NCBI RefSeq assembly: GCF_018350175.1
Contig: NC_058382.1
Span: 43,090,001 to 43,154,000, forward strand
Reading direction: 5' to 3'
Length of the DNA: 64,000 bases
Origin: Felis catus
Lineage: Eukaryota
The notes below the pieces were generated by a model. The model was not told the origin of the DNA. It saw only the letters and a program-made list of their open reading frames with translations, and searched no databases. This document shows, one piece after another, positions 46,318-59,300 of this stretch. Within the stretch, counting starts at the first letter, position 1, and each line of letters begins with the position of its first letter. A program made the position numbers and the translations under genes.

Positions 46318-46872
46318 GCCGCCTTCGCCACCCTGCAACGGTGTACCGAGGCCTGCTGGGCTGCACATTTCCGGCCCCTGGCCCCTTTTCCGGCCCCTGG
46401 CCCCTTTTGCAGCCCCGTGCCTCCTCCTGGATTCTGGACCCAGACCCTGACCCCAACGGTGCCCCTCCATTCCCTGCCTCTGCCCCGCCGTCTCACCCCG
46501 CAAAGCGCTCGCTGCCTCCGCTCCTAACCCACTTCCCTGCTTCGTTCGCGACCCCTTCCCCGCAACACTCTGACAAGGGGCTCACCGGAGCAGTTTTGCC
46601 GCCGACTGCTGCGACCCGACGGGCTTGCTGTTGCCGGGCAACAATAATTTCCGTCCCTGAGGTCAGGGGCCAAGGCCCCCTGGCGCAAAGCCTTCTGGGG
46701 CTTGTAGTTCCAGCTTTGGGGAGTGAGGCACAGAGCCACGGTCAGGCACCCTTTCCACCCAACTGCCCACGCCGCCCGGCCGGTCTCTGGGGTCAGCGCC
46801 AGGTCCACAGGTCCGGCCCCTCTCTCCGCTCCCCGAAAGCAACCGTCGAGGAGGTACTGACCCAGCGCAGCC
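46318..46872. promoter_or_regulatory. Bidirectional CpG-island promoter of ENKD1 and C16orf86 with an RFX X-box
   Basis: Head-to-head genes, CpG-rich; GTTGCCGGGCAAC at 46630-46642. Confidence 0.75.
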
Positions 46873-47149
46873 GTAGCTTCAGCAGGGGTCGAGAGGCGGC
46901 CAGGGTCCCAGGAGAGGACGGCCGCGGGGCAGGCACAGCTCATAGAGTCGCCTGGCGGCCACGCTTAGACCTCCGAGGTGACCGTCAGGCTGTGGTCTCC
47001 AAGCGACTGTCCGCGGCGCTCTGGGAGGCCAAACTCTGTGCGAGGCCCCCTAAATGCCAGGACAAGCTCCTCCTCGGGTGTCTAATTACTGATCCCTGTG
47101 TCCTTTGCCTGGTGACCAGTTACCTATGTGTCACCCTTAGTGTCCAGTG

Positions 47150-48467
47150 ATGGCAGACCAGTGCCTGGTACCACACTATGAGGCTTGCCAGACCCTGGGT
47201 GAAGACAAGTGCCCAACAGTGCAAGTCTCAGAGCCAGAGCTCCAGGAGGAACGACTCAAGCTGAAGGAAGAGAGGCTCAAGCCAGAGGTGGAGTCACTAG
47301 AGGAGAGAGGCCCTCCCAGGCCTATGGTCTCCATTGTGAGGCCCAGTCCTGGTCCGAAGAGGAAGCCAGTCAAGTGAGGGGGCTTTCAGAGGGAAGGACC
47401 TATAGGGCTGGTGGGGAGGGTGGGCTCACACTCCAGCAGGATCCCTAAATCCTGCACTCTTACATAGTGCATCCTTATCTCCTGCCACCACCATCACTCC
47501 TCACTCCTTCTGTCCCTGAGGAACCCTGGCATAGGGAGCATCCAGAGGAGGGGTCTCAGGCCTTGTAGGGTACTAAGCTCACATGAGCTTTAGTTCCCTG
47601 TCCAGCCCAGAGCCTCGCTGACCAGGAAAGGGACAAGAATCTGGGCCGGGGGTGGTGGACAGGCAGGGTTATTCCCTATGGTCAGGGCACAGGAGCCAAA
47701 GCTGGAGGCTGGCTCCTTAGGCCTCCTGTCCCCCAGCCTCCCAGGGCCTAGCCACCAAGTCCATCCCAAAGCTGAAGCTGAGATGCCACAGGGGCTGCCA
47801 CCGCAGAGGGAGGAGCCAGAGGGTAGCCAGACTGAGCCCTCACCATCTGCCAAACAGCACAAAAAAGCCAAGAAGCGCAAGAGTCTGGGAGCTCCAGTGC
47901 TCCCAGCTGTGGCCAGCACAGTGTCTGCACCTCCAGAGACCTTGGGGCTGGAGCGTGAGTGGCAGCCCCTGGGCCCTCCCTTTTTCTCCTGCCTGATGGA
48001 CCCCTGTCATGGCACAGCTTGGTGCTCCAGCCCCTGCCCTGCCCTGGCTGTTTGCAGGAAAGGCCCAGCGCCTGCGGCCCCTGTACCAGTACATCAACTA
48101 TTGTAATCCTGAGCTGAATCAGGCAGGGGAGGGGGACAGGGAGGCTGAGGTGGACGTGGAACCTGAGTTGGAGTTGGCCCTGGTCCCCGAGGAGGCAGGT
48201 GTGGAGCAACTGCAGGCTTTGCTGCCCGTGACAGGTGAGCTGGGGTCAGGCCTCACTCTGCCCTGCCCCAGTACATTCGTGTCCCCCACCCATGCACTGG
48301 CTCCCCTGGGAGAGGAGGTTGGAGAAGAGCCACGGTGTTTGCCCAAGTTGGGGATCAGTGGCCGCCTCAAGGCTGAGGTGGATAAGTCAACCCAGGTGGA
48401 CATCGATAAGATGCTGAGTGTTTGTGCCGCCCCACTTGTACCTCCACTCTCTCCTCAGTACAAGTGA
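47150..48467 (+). CDS. C16orf86: C16orf86 ortholog, N-terminally truncated (about 283 aa from the exon-2 ATG)
   Basis: Contains SAKQHKKAKKRKSLGAP, RKAQRLRPLYQYINYCNPELN and DKSTQVDIDKMLSVCAAPLVPPLSPQYK*. Exons 47150-47373, 47737-47954, 48058-48467 (852 nt). AATAAA at 48588-48593. Ancestral coding exon 1 (46873-46977) is disabled. Confidence 0.85.
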
Positions 48468-48679
48468 CTTTCCCGCCTCCACTGGAGTCTCCCCTTCTCC
48501 CAAGCCCAAACCAGAGCAGCAGCCTAGGCCTCAGGAGGAGGGGGAAATTTGGCCCTTCTCCCTACTTGGGGCCTTGGACTTACTGAAAATAAACATTTTT
48601 CCTTTTCTCAGACTTCATGATTTCCCAAAATAGATGGCTGAAGAGAGGCTGGGAAGGTGGGGGCAGGGTGTGAAGCCTG

Positions 48680-50160
48680 ATTGGTCACCTGGATCATCCA
48701 AGAACTTGACAAACATACAGGTTCTTGGGCACTATCCCAGACATAACTGAATCAGAATATGAAGGGGTGGGGCCTAGTTCTGTGCATTTAAAGGCTCTTC
48801 ACATGAACCTGAAGGTCAGATAGGGTAACAGTGGGGATGCAGAGAGAGGTGATAAGGGAGAAACGAGGCAGAAAAAGGAAAGGGACTGTCAGGTCACAGG
48901 AATCAGGTGCTTGGCCTTGCTCCCTGTCTTCCAGGGAAGGGGCCTGCATTTGGTCTGACCTCAGGGGATCAATACTTGGGATCTCCCACCGAGGTGTCAG
49001 AGTTCATTTGCCTGCCCCAAGAGTGGTGTCTTTGGAATGTTTTCCACATACTGGGGACTACAGCTGGACCAGACTTTGCCCCCAGAGTGGCCCTGCCAAC
49101 AGAGGCATCTGTGACTTTTTCCTAGCAGCCAGGGGGTGGTGGTGGATGTGAATGTTCTCCTGGAGCCCTGCAGCCAAGCCACTGGATAACTGAAATTATC
49201 CAGTTTGGCCACTTTGGAAACCCTCATATCGTGCCACCTCCTCATCCTCCTGAACGTACCTCATATACCTTAAACATAAAGAATTTAAAATTAAATGAGT
49301 AACTTCTCCTCCCTCCAATCTTCTTTCCCTCCTGTGTCTCATCTACACAATTGTTCAAGCCAAAATCCTGGGTGTCACCCCAGACCCCATCCTGTTCTTT
49401 GCTCATTGACTCCTACAAGCTAATCAGGCATCAAGGCTGGTGAATGTGCCCTCTAGATTGAGAACCTTTCGTATCTCATAGTCAGCACTTTTGCCTTGGG
49501 ACACTGTTATTCCCTGGGAGAGCTCACTAGTTTCTCTGCCTGTGGTTCCTTCCCCAACCAATCCACCCCACTGATCCTGGTACACACATACCTGAACCTG
49601 ATGGTGTTGCTTCTCCCTGGCATGTTGCTCCTCTTGCTCCAAGTGCCTTAAAAACTTTCCAGTGGCGGGGCGCCTGGGTGACTCAGTCAGTTAAGCATCT
49701 GACTCTTGATTTCAGCTCAGGTTATGATCTCGTGGTTGATCTTGCGGTTTGGGAGTTCGAGCCCCACATCGGGCTCCAGGCTGATAGTGCGGAGCCTCCT
49801 GGGAATTCTACCTCTCTCTTTGCCCTTCCCCTGCTCTCTCTCTCAAAATATATAAACATAAAAAAAAAAAACATAACTTTTCAGTGGCTTCTATAAGTCC
49901 CTGACCAGCCACAACTTTCTTACTTTCACTCTGCACATGGGCCTTCTCCTGCCTAAAGTGCCTTCATTCCTTTACCCCTCCACCTGACTAGTGCACTCTT
50001 ACCTTGAAGACTCGGGCACTTTACTCCGTGCTGAGCCAGGCAGCACTCAGTGTTGCCCTATGTCATAGCATTTACATATTACTGCCGTTGTGGGTTAGAA
50101 CTGTTCTTGGAACTAGGTTGTGAACTCCCCAAGGGCATACAGTGGAGAGCCCCCATAAAA
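48680..50160. mobile_element. MER5-like hAT fragment (about 48680-48830) and L2 fragment (about 49180-50160) with an inserted Can-SINE (about 49667-49870, +)
   Basis: ACTGAATCAGAAT..GGGGTGGGGCC (MER5-like); ATTGTTCAAGCCAAAATCCTGGGTGTCACC (L2-like); SINEC consensus. Confidence 0.6.
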
Positions 50161-51415
50161 GACACAAAGATAAGGAGACCGAGGTGGGGAGCTGAGGAAG
50201 TCGCAGAGGGCAGGTCAGGATCTGAAAGGCTGAGGGCATCCAAAGTCCAGAACCATGTGCAGGGCCCCTTGAATACTGGTTTGGCAAGGTCATTGGAAGG
50301 GATAGGGTGGGCAAGCCCAGATAGAAGTAGGAAGAAAATGCGCATCATCCCAGGCTGCTTCTATGTTTAGGAATCACTTGGAAGCTCACTGGCCTGGTGG
50401 CAAGACTACAGGGCAAGTCATGGGGTCAGGACATTTTTGCCCATACGTTTCCCTGGTTAGTGACTGAACCACCCCAGAAGATACTGTCCACAGGGACCAT
50501 GCAGACCAAATCTTGTCCATAGGGATGAGCATGGATTCTTTGTAATTTCTCAGAGGTAAAGGACTCTTCACATAACTGAGTTGACTGCCTCACTTTATGG
50601 CTGAGGGAGGAGAGACCTGGAGAGAAGTGGCCTTGCATGAAATCACACCCTGGGCACCAGGGAGGCAGCACCCTTTCCTGAACCCTGTAGATTTGTGGAC
50701 CTGAAAACTCTGGCTAAGGCCTGACCCAGGCCAGCACTGACAAGGAAACTCTGTTCCTCTCTTCCAACAAGTGGCACAGGAAATACTCAGTAACCAGCAA
50801 AGAACTGATCTATATTTGCAGGTCTATTACCTGATAGGTTTTCCTAAAGCAGGGTGGGTGACAATAGCCACAGAAAGGAACAAGTAACTGCTATTGTTCC
50901 TAGAAGCTCAATCTAAGGGGGAAATGCTGAGTAGGATGCAAGGAGACAGGTATCACAGAAGAGCAGAGGACCAAGGCTGTGGGACCTTGAGGTGGGTGTG
51001 GGCGTTGGGACTGCTGTTTTGCCTAGGGAAGCAATGAAGAGGCAGCCCTTCAGCTGACTCTTGAAGGAGATTTGGGTGGCCTTCCAAGCAGGGGATACAC
51101 CAGACACAAAGCCTTGCTAGTATAGAAGTCAGCCTCACTCAGGAGGCCCATTTAGCATGGCTGAAGCAGAGGCATGGACATCAGGAGACCAGGTTAGACA
51201 AGTCTGGGAGTGATGAGAAGAGGTGCAGGCAAGGAGGGATCTTGGCCTGATATTTTGGAGAGGTCATGTGGGCAGCAGTGAGAAGGGTAGAATGAGGAAG
51301 GGAGACTGGGAACAGGGAGGTGAGGAGACTGCTGATTGTCTGAGTGAGTATGAGGCCTACATTTGGTTGGGGGGTTGAGAAATAAGCAAAAAGTATTTTG
51401 AAAGTTCTTTTCTGG

Positions 51416-52056
51416 CTCTTCCTGTAAGCGGCCTGAGGTGATCTCTGAAAATGGTTCGCTATTCACTTGACCTGGAAAACCTGACAAAATCATGCCAACA
51501 AAAGGTTCAAATCTTTGTGTTCACTTTAAGAACACATGTGAAACTTCCCAGGTAATCAAGGGTATATACATCCGAAAAGCCACCAAGTATCTGAAAGATG
51601 TCACTTTGCAGAAGCAGTGTGTGCCATTCTGTCGCTACAATGGTGGAGTTGGTAGCTGTACCCAGGCCAAACAGTGGGGCTGGACACAGGGTTGGTGGCC
51701 AAAAAGAGTGCTGAATTTTTATTGCACATGCTTAAAAATGCAGAGAGTAATGCTGAACTTAAGGGTTTAGATGTAGATTCTCTGGTCATTGAGCACATCC
51801 AGGTGAACAAAGCCCCCAAGATGTGGCATAGAACTTACAGGGCTCGTGGTCAGATTAATCCATACATGAGCTCTCCCTGCCATATTGAGATGATCCTTAC
51901 TGAAAAACAAAAACAAAAAACAGATTGTTCCTAAACCAGAAGAGGAAGTTGCACAGAAAAAAAAGGTACCCCAGAAGAAACTGAAGAAACAAACTTATGG
52001 CCTGGGAGTAAATTCTGCATAAAATAAATGCAAATAAAAGCAAAAAAAAAAAAAAA
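51416..52056 (+). pseudogene. RPL17: Processed pseudogene of ribosomal protein L17 (uL22)
   Basis: Intronless; ATG at 51451 ([11 protein letters not shown]) to TAA at 52009-52011, with several frameshifts. Has a 5' pyrimidine (TOP-like) start, AATAAA at 52023 and 52033, and a poly(A) tail at 52042-52056. Target-site duplication AAGTT(C/A)TTTTCTGG at 51402-51415 and 52059-52072. Confidence 0.95.
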
Positions 52057-53852
52057 GTAAGTTATTTTCTGGTTGTTGTTAGAGAGAGGAAAAACAAACT
52101 CCATTTTCAGAAGCCTGGAAAAACTTCATTCACTCTGACTCCAGGAAGATCCTGAAATTTAGGAAACGGGACCTGGGAGGTGATGCTGCTTTCCTCCAGG
52201 AGGGGGCGGTGCAGGACAAGCCTGAACCCACGTGCAGGCACAGTCCATCCTGAGGGCCAGAACCCTGCTGACTTCCTAGGCCACAGGCACTTGGGCCATT
52301 TTAAGGTACACCTCCTCCCCAGGACCAACCCAAGAAATTTATAATGGTAAAGATGTCTGAAGGATGGCCATGGACCTAGGCTCTAGCGAGTACGAACAGA
52401 GGACCCCAGGGCCCTCACAAAAGTAGCTGTGCACCAAGCCCACTGCACTCTGCCCTAGGACTTCTGGGAACCTGTCTTTGTCAACAAGGGATTTGTTGTA
52501 GAGCCCTATAAAACCTAAGAAATGCCACTGTGGGGCAGTAAACCTGAGTCAGGTACAACTGGGAAAGGTGCATGAGCTTTCTTAGTAAATCCCCCAATTT
52601 AGGAGGGATCCCATCTTCCTAGTAACACACAGAGGGACTGACCTGGAGTCAGGAGGAAAGGAACAGCCTCTCTGAACTCTACCAGCATCCTGCCTCGCAG
52701 GGCTCTCTGTAGTCCTTCCTTCTCCTAGTTGAGGGCAGACAGATTTCTGCTGCACAGAGAAGGCAGTAACCTGGAGGGCAGGACCTGAGCGGGGAGGGGC
52801 AATGTCTGGGCACTCAGTCTCTGAGATCTTTAAGTGCTGGGGAAAGAGTAGGTCAGGGTCAGTCTCTGTAGTCAGATGACCCTGACCATGCTCCTCCTTG
52901 GCTCCATCACTTTTAACTTATAGGAGGCAAGTAACTTTGCCCCTCTCTGCCTCAGTTTCATGATCTGAATAATGAGAATATTAATAGTAGGACCTCACAG
53001 AGTGGTTTGGATATCAAATGAAATATGTGTGAAGTGTCTCCGGGGGAGGAGCATTCAGTAAGCACACTCCCCAGCACTAGTCACTGTTATTTTAGCTCAC
53101 AAGGACAAAGTTTTAAATCAGGACCACACACAGGAAAATAGGCCTACTGACTTCTAGAAAGGGTGCCAAGAAGAGGGAGATTTCCCTGAGCCTTTCTCTC
53201 TCTGGCAAGGAGCCCAGGGCAAGGCAGAGAGAGTGAAGTTTAGAGAAGGGAAGAGTTCAGTCTAGGCTTAATCCTGGCAGGCTGGCAGAGGAAACGAAGG
53301 GGGTGTATGTGTCCACTTCCCCGAACCCCCGACCCACCTCACCTCTGATTGACTTCGTTAAAAGGCAGTCCCAGTGTAGAATAGTTAATAAAAAGCATGG
53401 TTGGTGACTGGCTATCTAGGTCAGGCAGCGTTAGGCTGTACCTACTCCAAGGGCAGTGCATCCAGGCTCCCCAGGACCACTTCTCACCTCCCCTCTCCCA
53501 GGGTTTCCCGGAGCCAAATCCATGGTTGTAGAACAGAACTCTTCCTGACCTCCAGCCCGGGAAGGCCTTAAACTCTCCCTATCTCCCTGACCTGCCTACC
53601 AGGTCAGGGAAGTCTTGAGGTTAAGGAAGTCTTAAGTCTTGTTCCCTGAGAAAAGACTTTTCCTTGGAGGACTCCTGGGATTCTGTCACAAGGGAATATG
53701 CCCACCAGACCATGATGGATCCAGGGCAGGCCAGATCTGCTGTGGCCACAAGGAGAGAGAAAAATATAAACAAACTACAATAAACAAGCCTCTCATTATT
53801 AAAGAAACAGAACTTACCAAACAACCAATTGCCATAGTGTCAGACTTTCTGA

Positions 53853-53858
53853 TTTATT
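53853..53858 (-). terminator. GFOD2 poly(A) signal AATAAA
   Basis: TTTATT on + strand about 640 nt past the stop codon, followed on the minus strand by GU/U-rich sequence. Confidence 0.7.
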
Positions 53859-54499
53859 AATATTTATCAGATATTCCAGAACTCTCCCTGTCTCCTCTCC
53901 ACCAAATCAGGGACCCTTTGACCCAGGTCAATAGCCCCTGAGAGCTCACCCAATGAAGAACCCACTCCTCCCTGCCAGGGAAGGGGCAGCCTGGAGGCTG
54001 GAAAGGCCTGGGCATATGGGAAGGAGGGCAGGTACGGATCCCTGAGGGATGGCTTGCTGCCCTCACCATTCCTGAGATGCTCTAGCCCAGGAAGGGCATG
54101 AAAACAAGGCTTCTTGTCGTTTTCCCTCAGGCCTGAGGAATCAGCCAAGCTGGGTCCTTGCTGTGCTTTCTCACCTAGTTATGGCCACAAATAGGCTGAA
54201 GCAGCCTCCAAGTCAAGCTTTTGCTGGCTCTGCTCACCAGCATGACTATGCAGAGACCTGGGGGCAGCTCTACTTGGCTAGACTGTGGGAGCTGCTAGCC
54301 CTCAGCTATACCACCACCCTCCAAGTCTGAGCATTGGAGGGGGTGTTTTCCCAAGGCCACCTTGGGCTTCACCTGGACCCTGCCCAAGTTGACTCATGAA
54401 ATGAAATACACTATGTATGCAATGGCCAAGACCTCCTGTCTCATCCTTCTGGTCCCTTCCCATCCCTTCTGCCCCATGGCAGGGAGCCCACGTGCAGGC

Positions 54500-56312
54500 T
54501 CACAGGTTGTTCCGTTGGAGAGCTTCGCATAGGTTCTGGTTGGCGTCAGGTTCTTCCGTCATCACCTCCACGGCCTCCCACTCCCCAGATCTGCTCGACC
54601 TTTTGATGGCATCCACCACACTCTGCATGTACAGCCCATCCTCGAATGAGGCGGCCATGGAAACAGGGATGTGGTCCCATGTGCGGCGGTCCCCCTGCCC
54701 CTGGAAGGACTGGCGCAGGGCCTGCACCATGTAGACCATGCCCTTCAGGTAGAGCAGTGGAACATCCTGGGGCCCCTGCTCGGGCAGCCCTGCACCCACA
54801 GCCAGTGAGTCCCTCAGGAGCAGCTCCTCTTGTGTGGCAGAGTTCTTTTGCCCATACAGGTCAGCTCCTCTGGCAACAAGGCGTCCTGCAGAGCCCACCA
54901 CCATGACCTCGTGCACAAAGGCACCTGGCATGTTGAAGTTAAGTGTTACCGTGCTGCACACGCCTCCACCCATGAGCATCTGGAAGAAGCAGAAGTCATC
55001 ACTGGTGACATGTCGGATGCCACGGATGGCTGCATTCTGCCTCACAAAGGTCTTGAGCAGCCCATGCACCTTCTCAGCTCTCCGGCCAGTCAGATGGGTC
55101 AGCAGGTCCACGATGTAGGTGCCCATGGTGTGCAGGCCCCCACCACCCATAAGCTCGTCGCAGATCCAGCCATAGTTGGGGCTGAGCAGGCTGCCTGAGT
55201 AGATGCGCGCATCGCAGATCATTACCGCGCCCACGTAGTGCTCCGCGATCAGCTGCTTCATGCGCACAAAGGCAGGCAGAAAGCGCAGCACATTCCCCAC
55301 CAGACTCATCAGCTGTGGGTAGTAGCGCGAGGCTGTCACCATCCGGAATGCATCCACCGAAGTTGCTGCCTTCTCACAAACCACATTCTTCCCAATACCT
55401 GAGAATAAAACACACCAAAAAGTCTCAAAGTTCCAAGGGATTTACAATGAAGGAAAAAATATTTTCTTGAAGGCAAATGAACTCGGAAAAGCCTCCTGTA
55501 TCAGATGGTGGCCTGGGACAAGAGGAAAGGCAACAGCTTGGATAAAAATGGTACCTGGTGACTGGGACTGGAGAACAAGCTATAGACTGCAGAATGAAGA
55601 GTAAATTCTTAAGGGAAAATGAAAGGAGTAGAGGTAGAAGGTGCAAACCAGGAATGGCAAGTAAAGAGAGGAGGTATAATATGTAATTTTATGGGGTGCC
55701 TGGATGGCTCAGTCGGTTGAGCGACCAACTTCCGCTCAGGTCATGATCTCACAGCTGGTGAGTTTGAGTCCCGTGTCAGGCTCTGTGCTGACAGCTTGGA
55801 GCCTGGAGCCTGCTTCAGATTCTGTGTCTCCCTCTCTCTCTGCCCCTCCCCCACTCACGCTCTGTCTCTCTCTCAAAAATGAATAAACATTAAAATTTAA
55901 AAAAAAAAATCTGTAATTTTATGTGCCAACCCAGCTAGGCTGTGGTGTCCATCAAATACCAGTCTGGACATTGCTATGAAGGTATTTTTTAGATGTGAAT
56001 AGCATTTATTAAAAAACTTCTTTAATGTTTATTTTTTGAGAGAAAGAGAGAGAGAGGCAGAGAGCGAGAGGGAGACACAGAATCCGAAGCAGGCTCCAGG
56101 TTCGGAGCCGTCAGCACAGAGCCCGACGCGGGGTTCCAATTTATGAATTGTGAGATCATGACCTGAGCGAAAGCCAGATGCTCAACTAACTGAGCCACGC
56201 AGGTGCCCCTATTTTATTTTTTTTTAATTGAGAGAGAGAGATGGCACAAGTGAGTGAAGGTGGAGAAAGAAGGAGAGAGAAAAACCCACAAGGGGGAGAG
56301 GGAGGGGGGGGG

Positions 56313-56366
<54 letters not shown>

Positions 56367-59300
56367 CAGGGCTTGTGTTCACCCAAAGCAGGGCTTGAGC
56401 TCACCCGATGCAGGACTCAAACTCACGAACCATAAGATCATGAACTGAGCTGAAGTCAGATGCTTAACCAAATGAACCACCCAGGAGCCCCTAGATGTGA
56501 TTAGCATTTAAACCAGTATATTTTGAGTACATCAGATCACTTTCCACAATGTGGGTGGACTTTATCTAATCACTTGAAGGCCTCAAGAAAAAAGACTGGG
56601 GTTCCATGGAGAGGAAGGAATTCTGCCTTCAGACTCAAGTTTGCAACATCAACTCTTGTTGGAATTTCCATCCTGTTGTCCTACCCTGTGGATTTCAAAT
56701 TTATCAACTCCTATAATCACGAGAGGATTCTTTAAAATAAATTCCTCTCTCTCTCTATATACGCTCATTGGTTCTGTTTCTCTGAAGAACACCGCCTAAT
56801 ACACATGGGCTGGAGAGAGGACATGCTTGTGTACCTTCATACATTTAGTAGATCACCAGCTTTGGGCAAAAGTATTTAATCTATACTCTAGGGGATGGGC
56901 TCTGTACTCTCAGTTGCAATTGCAGAAAGGGCTCTAAGATTTCCCAAAGATTGTTCTCTAAAAACACTGATCCAACAATTTAGTGTAGTCAAAAGGCCAG
57001 AAAATGTTTGGCTCTGGTAGGAAGGGAAAGTAAAATTAACCCTTATGCTCTCATGCCTGTTCCGAGTATACTATAGGTGGGATGGACTAAGAGAGCAAAA
57101 AAAGCCTTAGAAAAAGCCCCGAAGAGAGCTAGAACTGGGCAGCTTCTGTTTTAGGAAGCAGAAAGGATCAGTATTTTTAAGATGTTTTAAGATGAAAGCT
57201 CATGAGGGTATAAGCAGTCACAAGACAATACCTGGGATACTCCTGAGAGCTTGGGGTGGTTCCCTATGTTAATACCTCCAAAGAAGTAGTGGGTGCCAAA
57301 CCAAGGGAAGAGGTCCTTACACTGGGGTCTCGCAGGAGGGGGCCCTTCGGGGAGAATAGCCCCTGACTGTTATCATGATCTGCTCTCGGAGAATCTCTAA
57401 TGCTTCCTTACACATGTGAGATTTTAGGATTAGGGACCGGAGAATCACCATACTGGGTGACAATTTGGCCACCTGAGTGCAGAACACATAGAGCTGACCA
57501 GGAAAGTAATGAGGAAATTAGATTCTCAGACACAAACACCTCATCTGAGGGCTGTAGCTCTGGCCAACCCAGAAACTACCTGCTGTAACTATTCACTGTA
57601 GGAACTGGGGTGGACACTGCAGCATGGGGCAGAAAGGAGGTGGGCAGGGGGGAAAAGGACTTTTGTGGCTCCTGGGAGTTTGGTGACGGTAAAACCAGGA
57701 TAAGGAAATTTCTGTTCCATGTCATGAGAGGTCAGGGAAAGGGGAGAGACCTCCCATTTTGAGCCCAAACAACAGGGATGCTTTTTAACTTAAGACTCAG
57801 TAGTATTATCAGTAGGGGAGCTAAAGGCCATCTTAAACAGGCTCCTGCAAGGCCAGCCGCACAGGGTCTTTAACTTTAGGAGGACCTGGGTTATCTTGAA
57901 AGACATATTTAAGTTATCTAGCATTCCCGGGGTACCTGGGTGGCTCAGCCGGTTATGTCCAACTTCAGCTCAGGTCATGATCTCACAGCTCGTGAGTTCG
58001 AGCCCCGTGTCGGGCTCTGTGCTAACAGCTCGGAGCCTGGAGCCTGCTTCAGATTCTGTGTCTTTCTCTCTCTCTGCCCCTAACCCCCTCACATTCTGTC
58101 TCTGTCTCCTCAGAAATAAATAAACATTAAAAAAAAATTTTTTTTTTTTAAAGTTATCTAGCATTCCTCCTAGGAAGCCAAGGGAGAGATCAGAGAAGCT
58201 GGGAACTGATTTTTGTCTCCAGGCAGTGGGAAAAGCATGAATGCTGAGTGCTTATCAGCTCAGATTTTTTGGAGGGTGGACAAATTTCAAGCTGCAATCT
58301 TTTCTCCAGCTCATATTCTCCAGATTACCCAGGAGTGAAGTGCCCCAGAGCACCTCTTTGTTCACAGGAAGTAAACTTCATGGTCACAATATGCTCAGTG
58401 ACTCCTTTGGGGTTTGAGTGGGCAGTGCCTCAAGGCAGGTCCAGCTGACATGGCTTTCCCAGTCCTACCAACTTGACCCTGGGACTGTGTGTCTGTAAGA
58501 ACAGACCAAGGACTCATTCACACCCTCTTCCTCCTGACAGTGAGAAGACAGATGACCCTGCTTCACTGAGGGCTGGGACATAAGATTCCAGAAGCCTCTG
58601 GTCATTCCTGTCCTTCCTATTTGTATTAAAAGACCCAAAGTCTGGTGCTTTCCTATACCAGGAACCAGAAAACAGCAGGCTTGTAGCCAAAGAACTTGGG
58701 ATTTCCTCTTTCTTCCTACACAGCTTGACAATGGTCTCTGTGAGAACCCTAATATATAAGCAGACTGAGAGCCTCTAGAACTCTGCCTCTGGATACACCT
58801 GGCATCACCAGCCTGTATTCACGTCACAGGGATGGCAGGAAGTCAAGTGACCACAATAGCTTGATCCCCCTGAATTAGCCTTCTGTTAAAGTGTTGGCAT
58901 AGGCCTACTTCTAAACTCAATCTGAAAGCCATTACTTGCCCTCCTAAGAATCTAGTGTCCAGTGAATAGCTCCAGTGTCACACATCCTTAAAGTGCTCTC
59001 TGGAAAAGACAAACCATCTACAATTTTTGGCCAAAATGTACATGCCCCCAAATCAACAACCAGACACTCATGTTCTTACTCACTCCAATGAACGTTTGTC
59101 CTTACCAATGCATTAGGCAAGAGGTGACAGACATTCTCTTCTCCTCAGAACAAGGGAAACAAGTAGCAGTGGCTTGGACTCTCCATCATGGTAGTGTCCA
59201 GGAGGAGTGGTCAAGCCTAGTGGCATACCAGTTTCTGGGCCCAGAGATCTCTGACTGCATCAGAGAAATATTTTGCTCCTATCACCTTCATTAAATAATT

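Noticed and set aside
46284-47150. 288-aa + strand ORF across the ENKD1/C16orf86 promoter
   Set aside because: Non-ATG start, CpG-island composition, and not in the C16orf86 reading frame.
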